A stretch of DNA of 64,000 nucleotides from Takakia lepidozioides (Eukaryota; Plantae; Bryophyta). How positions within the stretch are numbered: the stretch's first letter is position 1; every line of letters starts with the position of its first letter. Positions 64,000 through 64,000 of the stretch are shown in pieces. The stretch is from assembly GCA_030704615.1 (NCBI GenBank), contig CM060731.1:59582001-59646000 (forward strand). Reading direction: 5' to 3'. The notes beneath the pieces were generated by a model. It searched no databases and was not told the DNA's origin. It saw only the letters and a list, made by a program, of their open reading frames with translations. The translations under genes and the position numbers were made by a program.

Positions 64000-64000
64000 T

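Larger units (their letters stand above)
59130..64000 (-). mobile_element. Large CACTA element (3' end at 59130; runs off the window)
   Basis: Terminus CACTACTACAAAAA at 59130, with TnpD-type coding sequence at 62127-63999. Confidence 0.9.

Overview
Eukaryotic plant genomic DNA, most likely from a non-seed land plant (inferred from the gene and TE families, not proven). The left ~22 kb is gene space: an F-box protein gene, a tRNA-Ala(UGC) gene, a class I LOB-domain (LBD) transcription factor and a small higher-order tandem repeat. From ~24 kb on, the window is a nested transposon stack. (1) A young chromodomain Ty3/Gypsy element with a 1.86-kb internal inversion sits inside the GPY motif of an older Gypsy that is also rearranged. 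(2) A large decayed DNA-transposon-like unit pairs a Sola-like (DUF7869-type) DDE transposase with a divergent gene encoding FCP1/NIF-type HAD phosphatase domains, and is marked by a dispersed 22-bp palindrome. (3) A second NIF domain lies next to a Mutator-like transposase, with the same palindrome nearby. (4) There are three CACTA elements; two carry intron-containing fragments of an OSB-type PDF-motif / PLS-PPR gene. (5) An RPA-like OB-fold gene, probably Helitron-borne, and a 5'-truncated LINE with a target-site duplication complete the stack. All family assignments come from motif recognition by eye; no searches were run.
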